A stretch of 64,000 bases of DNA, taken from assembly GCA_039096225.1 (NCBI GenBank), contig JBBPEB010000017.1, positions 984,366-1,048,365 on the forward strand. Reading direction: 5' to 3'. The notes beneath the pieces were generated by a model, which saw only the letters and a program-made list of their open reading frames with translations, was not told where the DNA came from and searched no databases. This document shows positions 27,283-43,128 of this stretch, piece by piece. This DNA is from Blastocystis sp. Blastoise (taxonomy: Eukaryota > Protista > Bigyra: Opalinata). The position numbers and the translations under genes are program-made. Numbering within the stretch: the first letter of the stretch is position 1; the number at the start of each line of letters is the position of its first letter.

Positions 27283-27447
27283 AAAAAATTGAATAAATGA
27301 ATATAAATGAATATAAATAAAATAATAAAAAAAAAGTAATAGAATAATTTATAATAAAAAGAATAATAGAATAAAATAGAATAATAATAAAAAGAATAAT
27401 AATAGAATAATAATAAAAATAAAAATGATAAAATAATAATAATAATA

Positions 27448-27648
<201 letters not shown>

Positions 27649-27654
27649 TATCTT

Positions 27655-27773
27655 GAGAACGGCCATATCAAGTGGACAACGCCCTAACCCGTCTGATCTA
27701 GGAAGCTAAGCCACTTCGAGCTAGGATAGTAGCGGTGTGGGGGACTCGCCGTGAAGTCCTAGTGCTGTTCTTT
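27655..27773 (+). rRNA. 5S rRNA (copy 13)
   Basis: Same sequence as copy 1. Confidence 0.95.
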
Positions 27774-28220
27774 TTTTATTTTTTATTTATTTTTTTATTC
27801 TTTTTATTTATTTATTATTCTTTTTATTATTAATATATTTATTATTATTATTATTAAATAACATTTTATTTATATATTATTATTATAAAAGAAAATTTTA
27901 TTTAATTTTTTATTTTTATTTTTTTTTTCTCTCTTTCTTTTTTATTATTATTGTTTTGTAAACATATTAAATATTATGAATAATAGAATAATAATATTTG
28001 ATAAAATAAAATAATTTAATTATATATATATATATATATTAATATTAATATTTATTAAGGTTAGAATTTAAATTAAATATAAAATTATTGTTAGGGTTAG
28101 GGTTAATATAAAATAAGGGTTAAATTTTGAATATAAAATAGGTTAGGGGTTTAGTGGTTAGGGTTAAGGTTAATATAAAATAATTTATGGGTTAGATTTT
28201 TAATATAAAAAAATTTATAA

Positions 28221-28251
<31 letters not shown>

Positions 28252-28416
28252 AAAAAATTGAATAAATGAATATAAATGAATATAAATAAAATAATAAAAA
28301 AAAAGTAATAGAATAATTTATAATAAAAAGAATAATAGAATAAAATAGAATAATAATAAAAAGAATAATAATAGAATAATAATAAAAATAAAAATGATAA
28401 AATAATAATAATAATA

Positions 28417-28614
<198 letters not shown>

Positions 28615-28620
28615 TATCTT

Positions 28621-28739
28621 GAGAACGGCCATATCAAGTGGACAACGCCCTAACCCGTCTGATCTAGGAAGCTAAGCCACTTCGAGCTAGGATAGTAGCG
28701 GTGTGGGGGACTCGCCGTGAAGTCCTAGTGCTGTTCTTT
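28621..28739 (+). rRNA. 5S rRNA (copy 14)
   Basis: Same sequence as copy 1. Confidence 0.95.
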
Positions 28740-29188
28740 TTTTATTTTTTATTTATTTTTTTATTCTTTTTATTTATTTATTATTCTTTTTATTATTAAT
28801 ATATTTATTATTATTATTATTATTAAATAACATTTTATTTATATATTATTATTATAAAAGAAAATTTTATTTAATTTTTTATTTTTATTTTTTTTTCTCT
28901 CTTTCTTTTTTATTATTATTGTTTTGTAAACATATTAAATATTATGAATAATAGAATAATAATATTTGATAAAATAAAATAATTTAATTATATATATATA
29001 TATATATTAATATTAATATTTATTAAGGTTAGAATTTAAATTAAATATAAAATTATTGTTAGGGTTAGGGTTAATATAAAATAAGGGTTAAATTTTGAAT
29101 ATAAAATAGGTTAGGGGTTTAGTGGTTAGGGTTAAGGTTAATATAAAATAATTTATGGGTTAGATTTTTAATATAAAAAAATTTATAA

Positions 29189-29219
<31 letters not shown>

Positions 29220-29410
29220 AAAAAATTGAATAAATGAATATAAATGAATATAAATAAAATAATAAAAAAAAAGTAATAGAATAATTTATAATAAAAAGAA
29301 TAATAGAATAAAAAAAAATAATAATAAAAAAAATAATAATAAAATAATAATAAAAATAAAAATGATAAAATAATAATAATAATAGAATAATAATAATAAT
29401 AATAATAATA

Positions 29411-29514
<104 letters not shown>

Positions 29515-29556
29515 GAATATAATAGTATAATAATAAAATAATAATAAATATATCTT

Positions 29557-29675
29557 GAGAACGGCCATATCAAGTGGACAACGCCCTAACCCGTCTGATC
29601 TAGGAAGCTAAGCCACTTCGAGCTAGGATAGTAGCGGTGTGGGGGACTCGCCGTGAAGTCCTAGTGCTGTTCTTT
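29557..29675 (+). rRNA. 5S rRNA (copy 15)
   Basis: Same sequence as copy 1. Confidence 0.95.
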
Positions 29676-30121
29676 TTTTATTTTTTATTTATTTTTTTAT
29701 TCTTTTTATTTATTTATTATTCTTTTTATTATTAATATATTTATTATTATTATTATTAAATAACATTTTATTTATATATTATTATTATAAAAGAAAATTT
29801 TATTTAATTTTTTATTTTTATTTTTTTTTCTCTCTTTCTTTTTTATTATTATTGTTTTGTAAACATATTAAATATTATGAATAATAGAATAATAATATTT
29901 GATAAAATAAAATAATTTAATTATATATATATATATATATTAATATTAATATTTATTAAGGTTAGAATTTAAATTAAATATAAAATTATTGTTAGGGTTA
30001 GGGTTAATATAAAATAAGGGTTAAATTTTGAATATAAAATAGGTTAGGGGTTTAGTGGTTAGGGTTAAGGTTAATATAAAATAATTTATGGGTTAGATTT
30101 TTAATATAAAAAAATTTATAA

Positions 30122-30152
<31 letters not shown>

Positions 30153-30343
30153 AAAAAATTGAATAAATGAATATAAATGAATATAAATAAAATAATAAAA
30201 AAAAAGTAATAGAATAATTTATAATAAAAAGAATAATAGAATAAAATAGAATAATAATAAAAAGAATAATAATAGAATAATAATAAAAATAAAAATGATA
30301 AAATAATAATAATAATAGAATAATAATAATAATAATAATAATA

Positions 30344-30529
<186 letters not shown>

Positions 30530-30535
30530 TATCTT

Positions 30536-30654
30536 GAGAACGGCCATATCAAGTGGACAACGCCCTAACCCGTCTGATCTAGGAAGCTAAGCCACTTCGA
30601 GCTAGGATAGTAGCGGTGTGGGGGACTCGCCGTGAAGTCCTAGTGCTGTTCTTT
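30536..30654 (+). rRNA. 5S rRNA (copy 16)
   Basis: Same sequence as copy 1. Confidence 0.95.
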
Positions 30655-31098
30655 TTTTATTTTTTATTTATTTTTTTATTCTTTTTATTTATTTATTATT
30701 CTTTTTATTATTAATATATTTATTATTATTATTATTAAATAACATTTTATTTATATATTATTATTATAAAAGAAAATTTTATTTAATTTTTTATTTTTTT
30801 TTTTTTCTCTCTTTCTTTTTTATTATTATTGTTTTGTAAACATATTAAATATTATGAATAATAGAATAATAATATTTGATAAAATAAAATAATTTAATTA
30901 TATATATATATATATATTAATATTAATATTTATTAAGGTTAGAATTTAAATTAAATATAAAATTATTGTTAGGGTTAGGGTTAATATAAAATAAGGGTTA
31001 AATTTTGAATATAAAATAGGTTAGGGGTTTAGTGGTTAGGGTTAAGGTTAATATAAAATAATTTATGGGTTAGATTTTTAATATAAAAAAATTTATAA

Positions 31099-31129
<31 letters not shown>

Positions 31130-31296
31130 AAAAAATTGAATAAATGAATATAAATGAATATAAATAAAATAATAAAAAAAAAGTAATAGAATAATTTATA
31201 ATAAAAAGAATAATAGAATAAAATAGAATAATAATAAAAAGAATAATAATAGAATAATAATAAAAATAAAAATGATAAAATAATAATAATAATAGA

Positions 31297-31496
<200 letters not shown>

Positions 31497-31502
31497 TATC
31501 TT

Positions 31503-31621
31503 GAGAACGGCCATATCAAGTGGACAACGCCCTAACCCGTCTGATCTAGGAAGCTAAGCCACTTCGAGCTAGGATAGTAGCGGTGTGGGGGACTCGCCGT
31601 GAAGTCCTAGTGCTGTTCTTT
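31503..31621 (+). rRNA. 5S rRNA (copy 17)
   Basis: Same sequence as copy 1. Confidence 0.95.
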
Positions 31622-32071
31622 TTTTATTTTTTATTTATTTTTTTATTCTTTTTATTTATTTATTATTCTTTTTATTATTAATATATTTATTATTATTATT
31701 ATTATTAAATAACATTTTATTTATATATTATTATTATAAAAGAAAATTTTATTTAATTTTTTATTTTTATTTTTTTTTTCTCTCTTTCTTTTTTATTATT
31801 ATTGTTTTGTAAACATATTAAATATTATGAATAATAGAATAATAATATTTGATAAAATAAAATAATTTAATTATATATATATATATATATTAATATTAAT
31901 ATTTATTAAGGTTAGAATTTAAATTAAATATAAAATTATTGTTAGGGTTAGGGTTAATATAAAATAAGGGTTAAATTTTGAATATAAAATAGGTTAGGGG
32001 TTTAGTGGTTAGGGTTAAGGTTAATATAAAATAATTTATGGGTTAGATTTTTAATATAAAAAAATTTATAA

Positions 32072-32102
<31 letters not shown>

Positions 32103-32293
32103 AAAAAATTGAATAAATGAATATAAATGAATATAAATAAAATAATAAAAAAAAAGTAATAGAATAATTTATAATAAAAAGAATAATAGAATAAAATAGA
32201 ATAATAATAAAAAGAATAATAATAGAATAATAATAAAAATAAAAATGATAAAATAATAATAATAATAGAATAATAATAATAATAATAATAATA

Positions 32294-32464
<171 letters not shown>

Positions 32465-32470
32465 TATCTT

Positions 32471-32589
32471 GAGAACGGCCATATCAAGTGGACAACGCCC
32501 TAACCCGTCTGATCTAGGAAGCTAAGCCACTTCGAGCTAGGATAGTAGCGGTGTGGGGGACTCGCCGTGAAGTCCTAGTGCTGTTCTTT
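32471..32589 (+). rRNA. 5S rRNA (copy 18)
   Basis: Same sequence as copy 1. Confidence 0.95.
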
Positions 32590-33036
32590 TTTTATTTTTT
32601 ATTTATTTTTTTATTCTTTTTATTTATTTATTATTCTTTTTATTATTAATATATTTATTATTATTATTATTAAATAACATTTTATTTATATATTATTATT
32701 ATAAAAGAAAATTTTATTTAATTTTTTATTTTTATTTTTTTTTTCTCTCTTTCTTTTTTATTATTATTGTTTTGTAAACATATTAAATATTATGAATAAT
32801 AGAATAATAATATTTGATAAAATAAAATAATTTAATTATATATATATATATATATTAATATTAATATTTATTAAGGTTAGAATTTAAATTAAATATAAAA
32901 TTATTGTTAGGGTTAGGGTTAATATAAAATAAGGGTTAAATTTTGAATATAAAATAGGTTAGGGGTTTAGTGGTTAGGGTTAAGGTTAATATAAAATAAT
33001 TTATGGGTTAGATTTTTAATATAAAAAAATTTATAA

Positions 33037-33067
<31 letters not shown>

Positions 33068-33258
33068 AAAAAATTGAATAAATGAATATAAATGAATATA
33101 AATAAAATAATAAAAAAAAAGTAATAGAATAATTTATAATAAAAAGAATAATAGAATAAAATAGAATAATAATAAAAAGAATAATAATAGAATAATAATA
33201 AAAATAAAAATGATAAAATAATAATAATAATAGAATAATAATAATAATAATAATAATA

Positions 33259-33362
<104 letters not shown>

Positions 33363-33404
33363 GAATATAATAGTATAATAATAAAATAATAATAAATATA
33401 TCTT

Positions 33405-33523
33405 GAGAACGGCCATATCAAGTGGACAACGCCCTAACCCGTCTGATCTAGGAAGCTAAGCCACTTCGAGCTAGGATAGTAGCGGTGTGGGGGACTCGCC
33501 GTGAAGTCCTAGTGCTGTTCTTT
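33405..33523 (+). rRNA. 5S rRNA (copy 19)
   Basis: Same sequence as copy 1. Confidence 0.95.
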
Positions 33524-33969
33524 TTTTATTTTTTATTTATTTTTTTATTCTTTTTATTTATTTATTATTCTTTTTATTATTAATATATTTATTATTATTA
33601 TTATTAAATAACATTTTATTTATATATTATTATTATAAAAGAAAATTTTATTTAATTTTTTATTTTTATTTTTTTTTCTCTCTTTCTTTTTTATTATTAT
33701 TGTTTTGTAAACATATTAAATATTATGAATAATAGAATAATAATATTTGATAAAATAAAATAATTTAATTATATATATATATATATATTAATATTAATAT
33801 TTATTAAGGTTAGAATTTAAATTAAATATAAAATTATTGTTAGGGTTAGGGTTAATATAAAATAAGGGTTAAATTTTGAATATAAAATAGGTTAGGGGTT
33901 TAGTGGTTAGGGTTAAGGTTAATATAAAATAATTTATGGGTTAGATTTTTAATATAAAAAAATTTATAA

Positions 33970-34000
<31 letters not shown>

Positions 34001-34192
34001 AAAAAATTGAATAAATGAATATAAATGAATATAAATAAAATAATAAAAAAAAAAGTAATAGAATAATTTATAATAAAAAGAATAATAGAATAAAATAGAA
34101 TAATAATAAAAAGAATAATAATAGAATAATAATAAAAATAAAAATGATAAAATAATAATAATAATAGAATAATAATAATAATAATAATAATA

Positions 34193-34375
<183 letters not shown>

Positions 34376-34381
34376 TATCTT

Positions 34382-34500
34382 GAGAACGGCCATATCAAGT
34401 GGACAACGCCCTAACCCGTCTGATCTAGGAAGCTAAGCCACTTCGAGCTAGGATAGTAGCGGTGTGGGGGACTCGCCGTGAAGTCCTAGTGCTGTTCTTT
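34382..34500 (+). rRNA. 5S rRNA (copy 20)
   Basis: Same sequence as copy 1. Confidence 0.95.
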
Positions 34501-34946
34501 TTTTATTTTTTATTTATTTTTTTATTCTTTTTATTTATTTATTATTCTTTTTATTATTAATATATTTATTATTATTATTATTAAATAACATTTTATTTAT
34601 ATATTATTATTATAAAAGAAAATTTTATTTAATTTTTTATTTTTATTTTTTTTTCTCTCTTTCTTTTTTATTATTATTGTTTTGTAAACATATTAAATAT
34701 TATGAATAATAGAATAATAATATTTGATAAAATAAAATAATTTAATTATATATATATATATATATTAATATTAATATTTATTAAGGTTAGAATTTAAATT
34801 AAATATAAAATTATTGTTAGGGTTAGGGTTAATATAAAATAAGGGTTAAATTTTGAATATAAAATAGGTTAGGGGTTTAGTGGTTAGGGTTAAGGTTAAT
34901 ATAAAATAATTTATGGGTTAGATTTTTAATATAAAAAAATTTATAA

Positions 34947-34977
<31 letters not shown>

Positions 34978-35142
34978 AAAAAATTGAATAAATGAATATA
35001 AATGAATATAAATAAAATAATAAAAAAAAAGTAATAGAATAATTTATAATAAAAAGAATAATAGAATAAAATAGAATAATAATAAAAAGAATAATAATAG
35101 AATAATAATAAAAATAAAAATGATAAAATAATAATAATAATA

Positions 35143-35282
<140 letters not shown>

Positions 35283-35324
35283 GAATATAATAGTATAATA
35301 ATAAAATAATAATAAATATATCTT

Positions 35325-35443
35325 GAGAACGGCCATATCAAGTGGACAACGCCCTAACCCGTCTGATCTAGGAAGCTAAGCCACTTCGAGCTAGGATAGT
35401 AGCGGTGTGGGGGACTCGCCGTGAAGTCCTAGTGCTGTTCTTT
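35325..35443 (+). rRNA. 5S rRNA (copy 21)
   Basis: Same sequence as copy 1. Confidence 0.95.
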
Positions 35444-35889
35444 TTTTATTTTTTATTTATTTTTTTATTCTTTTTATTTATTTATTATTCTTTTTATTAT
35501 TAATATATTTATTATTATTATTATTAAATAACATTTTATTTATATATTATTATTATAAAAGAAAATTTTATTTAATTTTTTATTTTTATTTTTTTTTCTC
35601 TCTTTCTTTTTTATTATTATTGTTTTGTAAACATATTAAATATTATGAATAATAGAATAATAATATTTGATAAAATAAAATAATTTAATTATATATATAT
35701 ATATATATTAATATTAATATTTATTAAGGTTAGAATTTAAATTAAATATAAAATTATTGTTAGGGTTAGGGTTAATATAAAATAAGGGTTAAATTTTGAA
35801 TATAAAATAGGTTAGGGGTTTAGTGGTTAGGGTTAAGGTTAATATAAAATAATTTATGGGTTAGATTTTTAATATAAAAAAATTTATAA

Positions 35890-35920
<31 letters not shown>

Positions 35921-36091
35921 AAAAAATTGAATAAATGAATATAAATGAATATAAATAAAATAATAAAAAAAAAGTAATAGAATAATTTATAATAAAAAGA
36001 ATAATAGAATAAAATAGAATAATAATAAAAAGAATAATAATAGAATAATAATAATAATAAAAATAAAAATGATAAAATAATAATAATAATA

Positions 36092-36295
<204 letters not shown>

Positions 36296-36301
36296 TATCT
36301 T

Positions 36302-36420
36302 GAGAACGGCCATATCAAGTGGACAACGCCCTAACCCGTCTGATCTAGGAAGCTAAGCCACTTCGAGCTAGGATAGTAGCGGTGTGGGGGACTCGCCGTG
36401 AAGTCCTAGTGCTGTTCTTT
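36302..36420 (+). rRNA. 5S rRNA (copy 22)
   Basis: Same sequence as copy 1. Confidence 0.95.
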
Positions 36421-36869
36421 TTTTATTTTTTATTTATTTTTTTATTCTTTTTATTTATTTATTATTCTTTTTATTATTAATATATTTATTATTATTATTA
36501 TTATTAAATAACATTTTATTTATATATTATTATTATAAAAGAAAATTTTATTTAATTTTTTATTTTTATTTTTTTTTCTCTCTTTCTTTTTTATTATTAT
36601 TGTTTTGTAAACATATTAAATATTATGAATAATAGAATAATAATATTTGATAAAATAAAATAATTTAATTATATATATATATATATATTAATATTAATAT
36701 TTATTAAGGTTAGAATTTAAATTAAATATAAAATTATTGTTAGGGTTAGGGTTAATATAAAATAAGGGTTAAATTTTGAATATAAAATAGGTTAGGGGTT
36801 TAGTGGTTAGGGTTAAGGTTAATATAAAATAATTTATGGGTTAGATTTTTAATATAAAAAAATTTATAA

Positions 36870-36900
<31 letters not shown>

Positions 36901-37092
36901 AAAAAATTGAATAAATGAATATAAATGAATATAAATAAAATAATAAAAAAAAAGTAATAGAATAATTTATAATAAAAAGAATAATAGAATAAAATAGAAT
37001 AATAATAAAAAGAATAATAATAGAATAATAATAAAAATAAAAATGATAAAATAATAATAATAATAGAATAATAATAATAATAATAATAATAG

Positions 37093-37197
<105 letters not shown>

Positions 37198-37239
37198 GAA
37201 TATAATAGTATAATAATAAAATAATAATAAATATATCTT

Positions 37240-37358
37240 GAGAACGGCCATATCAAGTGGACAACGCCCTAACCCGTCTGATCTAGGAAGCTAAGCCACT
37301 TCGAGCTAGGATAGTAGCGGTGTGGGGGACTCGCCGTGAAGTCCTAGTGCTGTTCTTT
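37240..37358 (+). rRNA. 5S rRNA (copy 23)
   Basis: Same sequence as copy 1. Confidence 0.95.
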
Positions 37359-37805
37359 TTTTATTTTTTATTTATTTTTTTATTCTTTTTATTTATTTAT
37401 TATTCTTTTTATTATTAATATATTTATTATTATTATTATTAAATAACATTTTATTTATATATTATTATTATAAAAGAAAATTTTATTTAATTTTTTATTT
37501 TTATTTTTTTTTTCTCTCTTTCTTTTTTATTATTATTGTTTTGTAAACATATTAAATATTATGAATAATAGAATAATAATATTTGATAAAATAAAATAAT
37601 TTAATTATATATATATATATATATTAATATTAATATTTATTAAGGTTAGAATTTAAATTAAATATAAAATTATTGTTAGGGTTAGGGTTAATATAAAATA
37701 AGGGTTAAATTTTGAATATAAAATAGGTTAGGGGTTTAGTGGTTAGGGTTAAGGTTAATATAAAATAATTTATGGGTTAGATTTTTAATATAAAAAAATT
37801 TATAA

Positions 37806-37836
<31 letters not shown>

Positions 37837-38008
37837 AAAAAATTGAATAAATGAATATAAATGAATATAAATAAAATAATAAAAAAAAAGTAATAGAATA
37901 ATTTATAATAAAAAGAATAATAGAATAAAATAGAATAATAATAAAAAGAATAATAATAGAATAATAATAATAATAAAAATAAAAATGATAAAAATAATAA
38001 TAATAATA

Positions 38009-38142
<134 letters not shown>

Positions 38143-38184
38143 GAATATAATAGTATAATAATAAAATAATAATAAATATATCTT

Positions 38185-38303
38185 GAGAACGGCCATATCA
38201 AGTGGACAACGCCCTAACCCGTCTGATCTAGGAAGCTAAGCCACTTCGAGCTAGGATAGTAGCGGTGTGGGGGACTCGCCGTGAAGTCCTAGTGCTGTTC
38301 TTT
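38185..38303 (+). rRNA. 5S rRNA (copy 24)
   Basis: Same sequence as copy 1. Confidence 0.95.
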
Positions 38304-38948
38304 TTTTATTTTTTATTTATTTTTTTATTCTTTTTATTTATTTATTATTCTTTTTATTATTAATATATTTATTATTATTATTATTAAATAACATTTTATT
38401 TATATATTATTATTATAAAAGAAAATTTTATTTAATTTTTTATTTTTATTTTTTTTTTCTCTCTTTCTTTTTTATTATTATTGTTTTGTAAACATATTAA
38501 ATATTATGAATAATAGAATAATAATATTTGATAAAATAAAATAATTTAATTATATATATATATATATATTAATATTAATATTTATTAAGGTTAGAATTTA
38601 AATTAAATATAAAATTATTGTTAGGGTTAGGGTTAATATAAAATAAGGGTTAAATTTTGAATATAAAATAGGTTAGGGGTTTAGTGGTTAGGGTTAAGGT
38701 TAATATAAAATAATTTATGGGTTAGATTTTTAATATAAAAAAATTTATAATAAATAAATAAATAAATAAATAAATAAAAAAAATTGAATAAATGAATATA
38801 AATGAATATAAATAAAATAATAAAAAAAAAGTAATAGAATAATTTATAATAAAAAGAATAATAGAATAAAATAGAATAATAATAAAAAGAATAATAATAG
38901 AATAATAATAATAATAAAAATAAAAATGATAAAATAATAATAATAATA

Positions 38949-39176
<228 letters not shown>

Positions 39177-39182
39177 TATCTT

Positions 39183-39301
39183 GAGAACGGCCATATCAAG
39201 TGGACAACGCCCTAACCCGTCTGATCTAGGAAGCTAAGCCACTTCGAGCTAGGATAGTAGCGGTGTGGGGGACTCGCCGTGAAGTCCTAGTGCTGTTCTT
39301 T
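39183..39301 (+). rRNA. 5S rRNA (copy 25)
   Basis: Same sequence as copy 1. Confidence 0.95.
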
Positions 39302-39750
39302 TTTTATTTTTTATTTATTTTTTTATTCTTTTTATTTATTTATTATTCTTTTTATTATTAATATATTTATTATTATTATTATTATTAAATAACATTTTAT
39401 TTATATATTATTATTATAAAAGAAAATTTTATTTAATTTTTTATTTTTATTTTTTTTTCTCTCTTTCTTTTTTATTATTATTGTTTTGTAAACATATTAA
39501 ATATTATGAATAATAGAATAATAATATTTGATAAAATAAAATAATTTAATTATATATATATATATATATTAATATTAATATTTATTAAGGTTAGAATTTA
39601 AATTAAATATAAAATTATTGTTAGGGTTAGGGTTAATATAAAATAAGGGTTAAATTTTGAATATAAAATAGGTTAGGGGTTTAGTGGTTAGGGTTAAGGT
39701 TAATATAAAATAATTTATGGGTTAGATTTTTAATATAAAAAAATTTATAA

Positions 39751-39781
<31 letters not shown>

Positions 39782-39972
39782 AAAAAATTGAATAAATGAA
39801 TATAAATGAATATAAATAAAATAATAAAAAAAAAGTAATAGAATAATTTATAATAAAAAGAATAATAGAATAAAATAGAATAATAATAAAAAGAATAATA
39901 ATAGAATAATAATAAAAATAAAAATGATAAAATAATAATAATAATAGAATAATAATAATAATAATAATAATA

Positions 39973-40079
<107 letters not shown>

Positions 40080-40121
40080 GAATATAATAGTATAATAATA
40101 AAATAATAATAAATATATCTT

Positions 40122-40240
40122 GAGAACGGCCATATCAAGTGGACAACGCCCTAACCCGTCTGATCTAGGAAGCTAAGCCACTTCGAGCTAGGATAGTAGC
40201 GGTGTGGGGGACTCGCCGTGAAGTCCTAGTGCTGTTCTTT
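40122..40240 (+). rRNA. 5S rRNA (copy 26)
   Basis: Same sequence as copy 1. Confidence 0.95.
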
Positions 40241-40692
40241 TTTTATTTTTTATTTATTTTTTTATTCTTTTTATTTATTTATTATTCTTTTTATTATTAA
40301 TATATTTATTATTATTATTATTAAATAACATTTTATTTATATATTATTATTATAAAAGAAAATTTTATTTAATTTTTTATTTTTATTTTTTTTTTCTCTC
40401 TTTCTTTTTTATTATTATTGTTTTGTAAACATATTAAATATTATGAATAATAGAATAATAATATTTGATAAAATAAAATAAAATAATTTAATTATATATA
40501 TATATATATATTAATATTAATATTTATTAAGGTTAGAATTTAAATTAAATATAAAATTATTGTTAGGGTTAGGGTTAATATAAAATAAGGGTTAAATTTT
40601 GAATATAAAATAGGTTAGGGGTTTAGTGGTTAGGGTTAAGGTTAATATAAAATAATTTATGGGTTAGATTTTTAATATAAAAAAATTTATAA

Positions 40693-40723
<31 letters not shown>

Positions 40724-40914
40724 AAAAAATTGAATAAATGAATATAAATGAATATAAATAAAATAATAAAAAAAAAGTAATAGAATAATTTATAATAAAA
40801 AGAATAATAGAATAAAATAGAATAATAATAAAAAGAATAATAATAGAATAATAATAAAAATAAAAATGATAAAATAATAATAATAATAGAATAATAATAA
40901 TAATAATAATAATA

Positions 40915-41070
<156 letters not shown>

Positions 41071-41076
41071 TATCTT

Positions 41077-41195
41077 GAGAACGGCCATATCAAGTGGACA
41101 ACGCCCTAACCCGTCTGATCTAGGAAGCTAAGCCACTTCGAGCTAGGATAGTAGCGGTGTGGGGGACTCGCCGTGAAGTCCTAGTGCTGTTCTTT
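41077..41195 (+). rRNA. 5S rRNA (copy 27)
   Basis: Same sequence as copy 1. Confidence 0.95.
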
Positions 41196-41641
41196 TTTTA
41201 TTTTTTATTTATTTTTTTATTCTTTTTATTTATTTATTATTCTTTTTATTATTAATATATTTATTATTATTATTATTAAATAACATTTTATTTATATATT
41301 ATTATTATAAAAGAAAATTTTATTTAATTTTTTATTTTTATTTTTTTTTCTCTCTTTCTTTTTTATTATTATTGTTTTGTAAACATATTAAATATTATGA
41401 ATAATAGAATAATAATATTTGATAAAATAAAATAATTTAATTATATATATATATATATATTAATATTAATATTTATTAAGGTTAGAATTTAAATTAAATA
41501 TAAAATTATTGTTAGGGTTAGGGTTAATATAAAATAAGGGTTAAATTTTGAATATAAAATAGGTTAGGGGTTTAGTGGTTAGGGTTAAGGTTAATATAAA
41601 ATAATTTATGGGTTAGATTTTTAATATAAAAAAATTTATAA

Positions 41642-41672
<31 letters not shown>

Positions 41673-41837
41673 AAAAAATTGAATAAATGAATATAAATGA
41701 ATATAAATAAAATAATAAAAAAAAAGTAATAGAATAATTTATAATAAAAAGAATAATAAAATAAAATAAAATAATAATAAAAAGAATAATAATAAAATAA
41801 TAATAAAAATAAAAATGATAAAATAATAATAATAATA

Positions 41838-41968
<131 letters not shown>

Positions 41969-42010
41969 GAATATAATAGTATAATAATAAAATAATAATA
42001 AATATATCTT

Positions 42011-42129
42011 GAGAACGGCCATATCAAGTGGACAACGCCCTAACCCGTCTGATCTAGGAAGCTAAGCCACTTCGAGCTAGGATAGTAGCGGTGTGGGGGA
42101 CTCGCCGTGAAGTCCTAGTGCTGTTCTTT
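42011..42129 (+). rRNA. 5S rRNA (copy 28)
   Basis: Same sequence as copy 1. Confidence 0.95.
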
Positions 42130-42275
42130 TTTTATTTTTTATTTATTTTTTTATTCTTTTTATTTATTTATTATTCTTTTTATTATTAATATATTTATTA
42201 TTATTATTATTAAATAACATTTTATTTATATATTATTATTATAAAAGAAAATTTTATTTAATTTTTTATTTTTAT

Positions 42276-42304
42276 TTAGGTTAGGGTTAGGGTTAGGGTT
42301 AGGG
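42276..42304 (+). repeat. Interstitial telomeric tract TTAGG(TTAGGG)4
   Basis: Joined directly to the truncated T-rich spacer of the last 5S unit, in the same orientation as the true telomere. Confidence 0.9.
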
Positions 42305-42406
42305 AAAAAAAAATATATACTGAGAGTATGTTATAAAATGTTATAATATTTTTTAATATTATAAATATAATTGGATAAAAAAAGATATTATTGATTTAAT
42401 TGGTAG

Positions 42407-42903
42407 TCTAGAATCGTAGAATCGTAGAGTCTACGATTGTATGATTGTAGGATTAAATAAACCAATAGAATAAGTTTAAAAAAAAATCAACCAAAATAGT
42501 ATTAGGGTAAAAAAGTGAACCAAAATAGTATTAGGGTAAAAAAATGATAGAATAAAGTGGTAATGTTTTAAAAGAAGGGTTCTCAAAATTTTATTAGGGT
42601 GAAAATAATTAATTTAATTGGTTAAAAAAATAAAATAAAATAATTGGGTATTGTAGAATTGAAAAAAGAAGAAAATAATTGGATAAAAAAAGATTTATCC
42701 AATAAAAATAGAGTTTTTCATTTCTACAATCATAGAATCGTAGACTCTACGATTCTACGATTGTAGAATATAAGATAATGAATTTGATTGGTAGTCTACA
42801 ATCGTAGAGTCTACGATTCTACGATTGTAGGATTGTAGGAAAATGAATTTGATTGGCTGTCTACAATCGTAGAATCGTAGAGTCTACGATTCTACGATTG
42901 TAG
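42407..42903. repeat. Cluster of four palindromes built from the 9-mer AATCGTAGA/TCTACGATT, flanked by ATTGG/CCAAT boxes
   Basis: Best copy 42861-42903: CTACAATCGTAGAATCGTAG-AGT-CTACGATTCTACGATTGTAG (perfect 20-bp arms). Related copies at ~42407-42450, 42724-42766 and 42797-42830. Confidence 0.9.
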
Positions 42904-43128
42904 GATGAAATAAGCCAATAGAATGAATTAAAATAAAAAAGTCAACCAAAATGTTATTAGGGTAAAAAAGTGGTTGACCTTTTTGAGAGGCTTTTTTATT
43001 TTGCTTTATTTTTTTTGTTTATTTTTTAAATTATAATGGTAATTCTTTTATTTTTATTTATTTAATGAATTCAATATATTTATTTTTATTTTTATAATGA
43101 AATATTATTTATATTAAATAATAAATAG

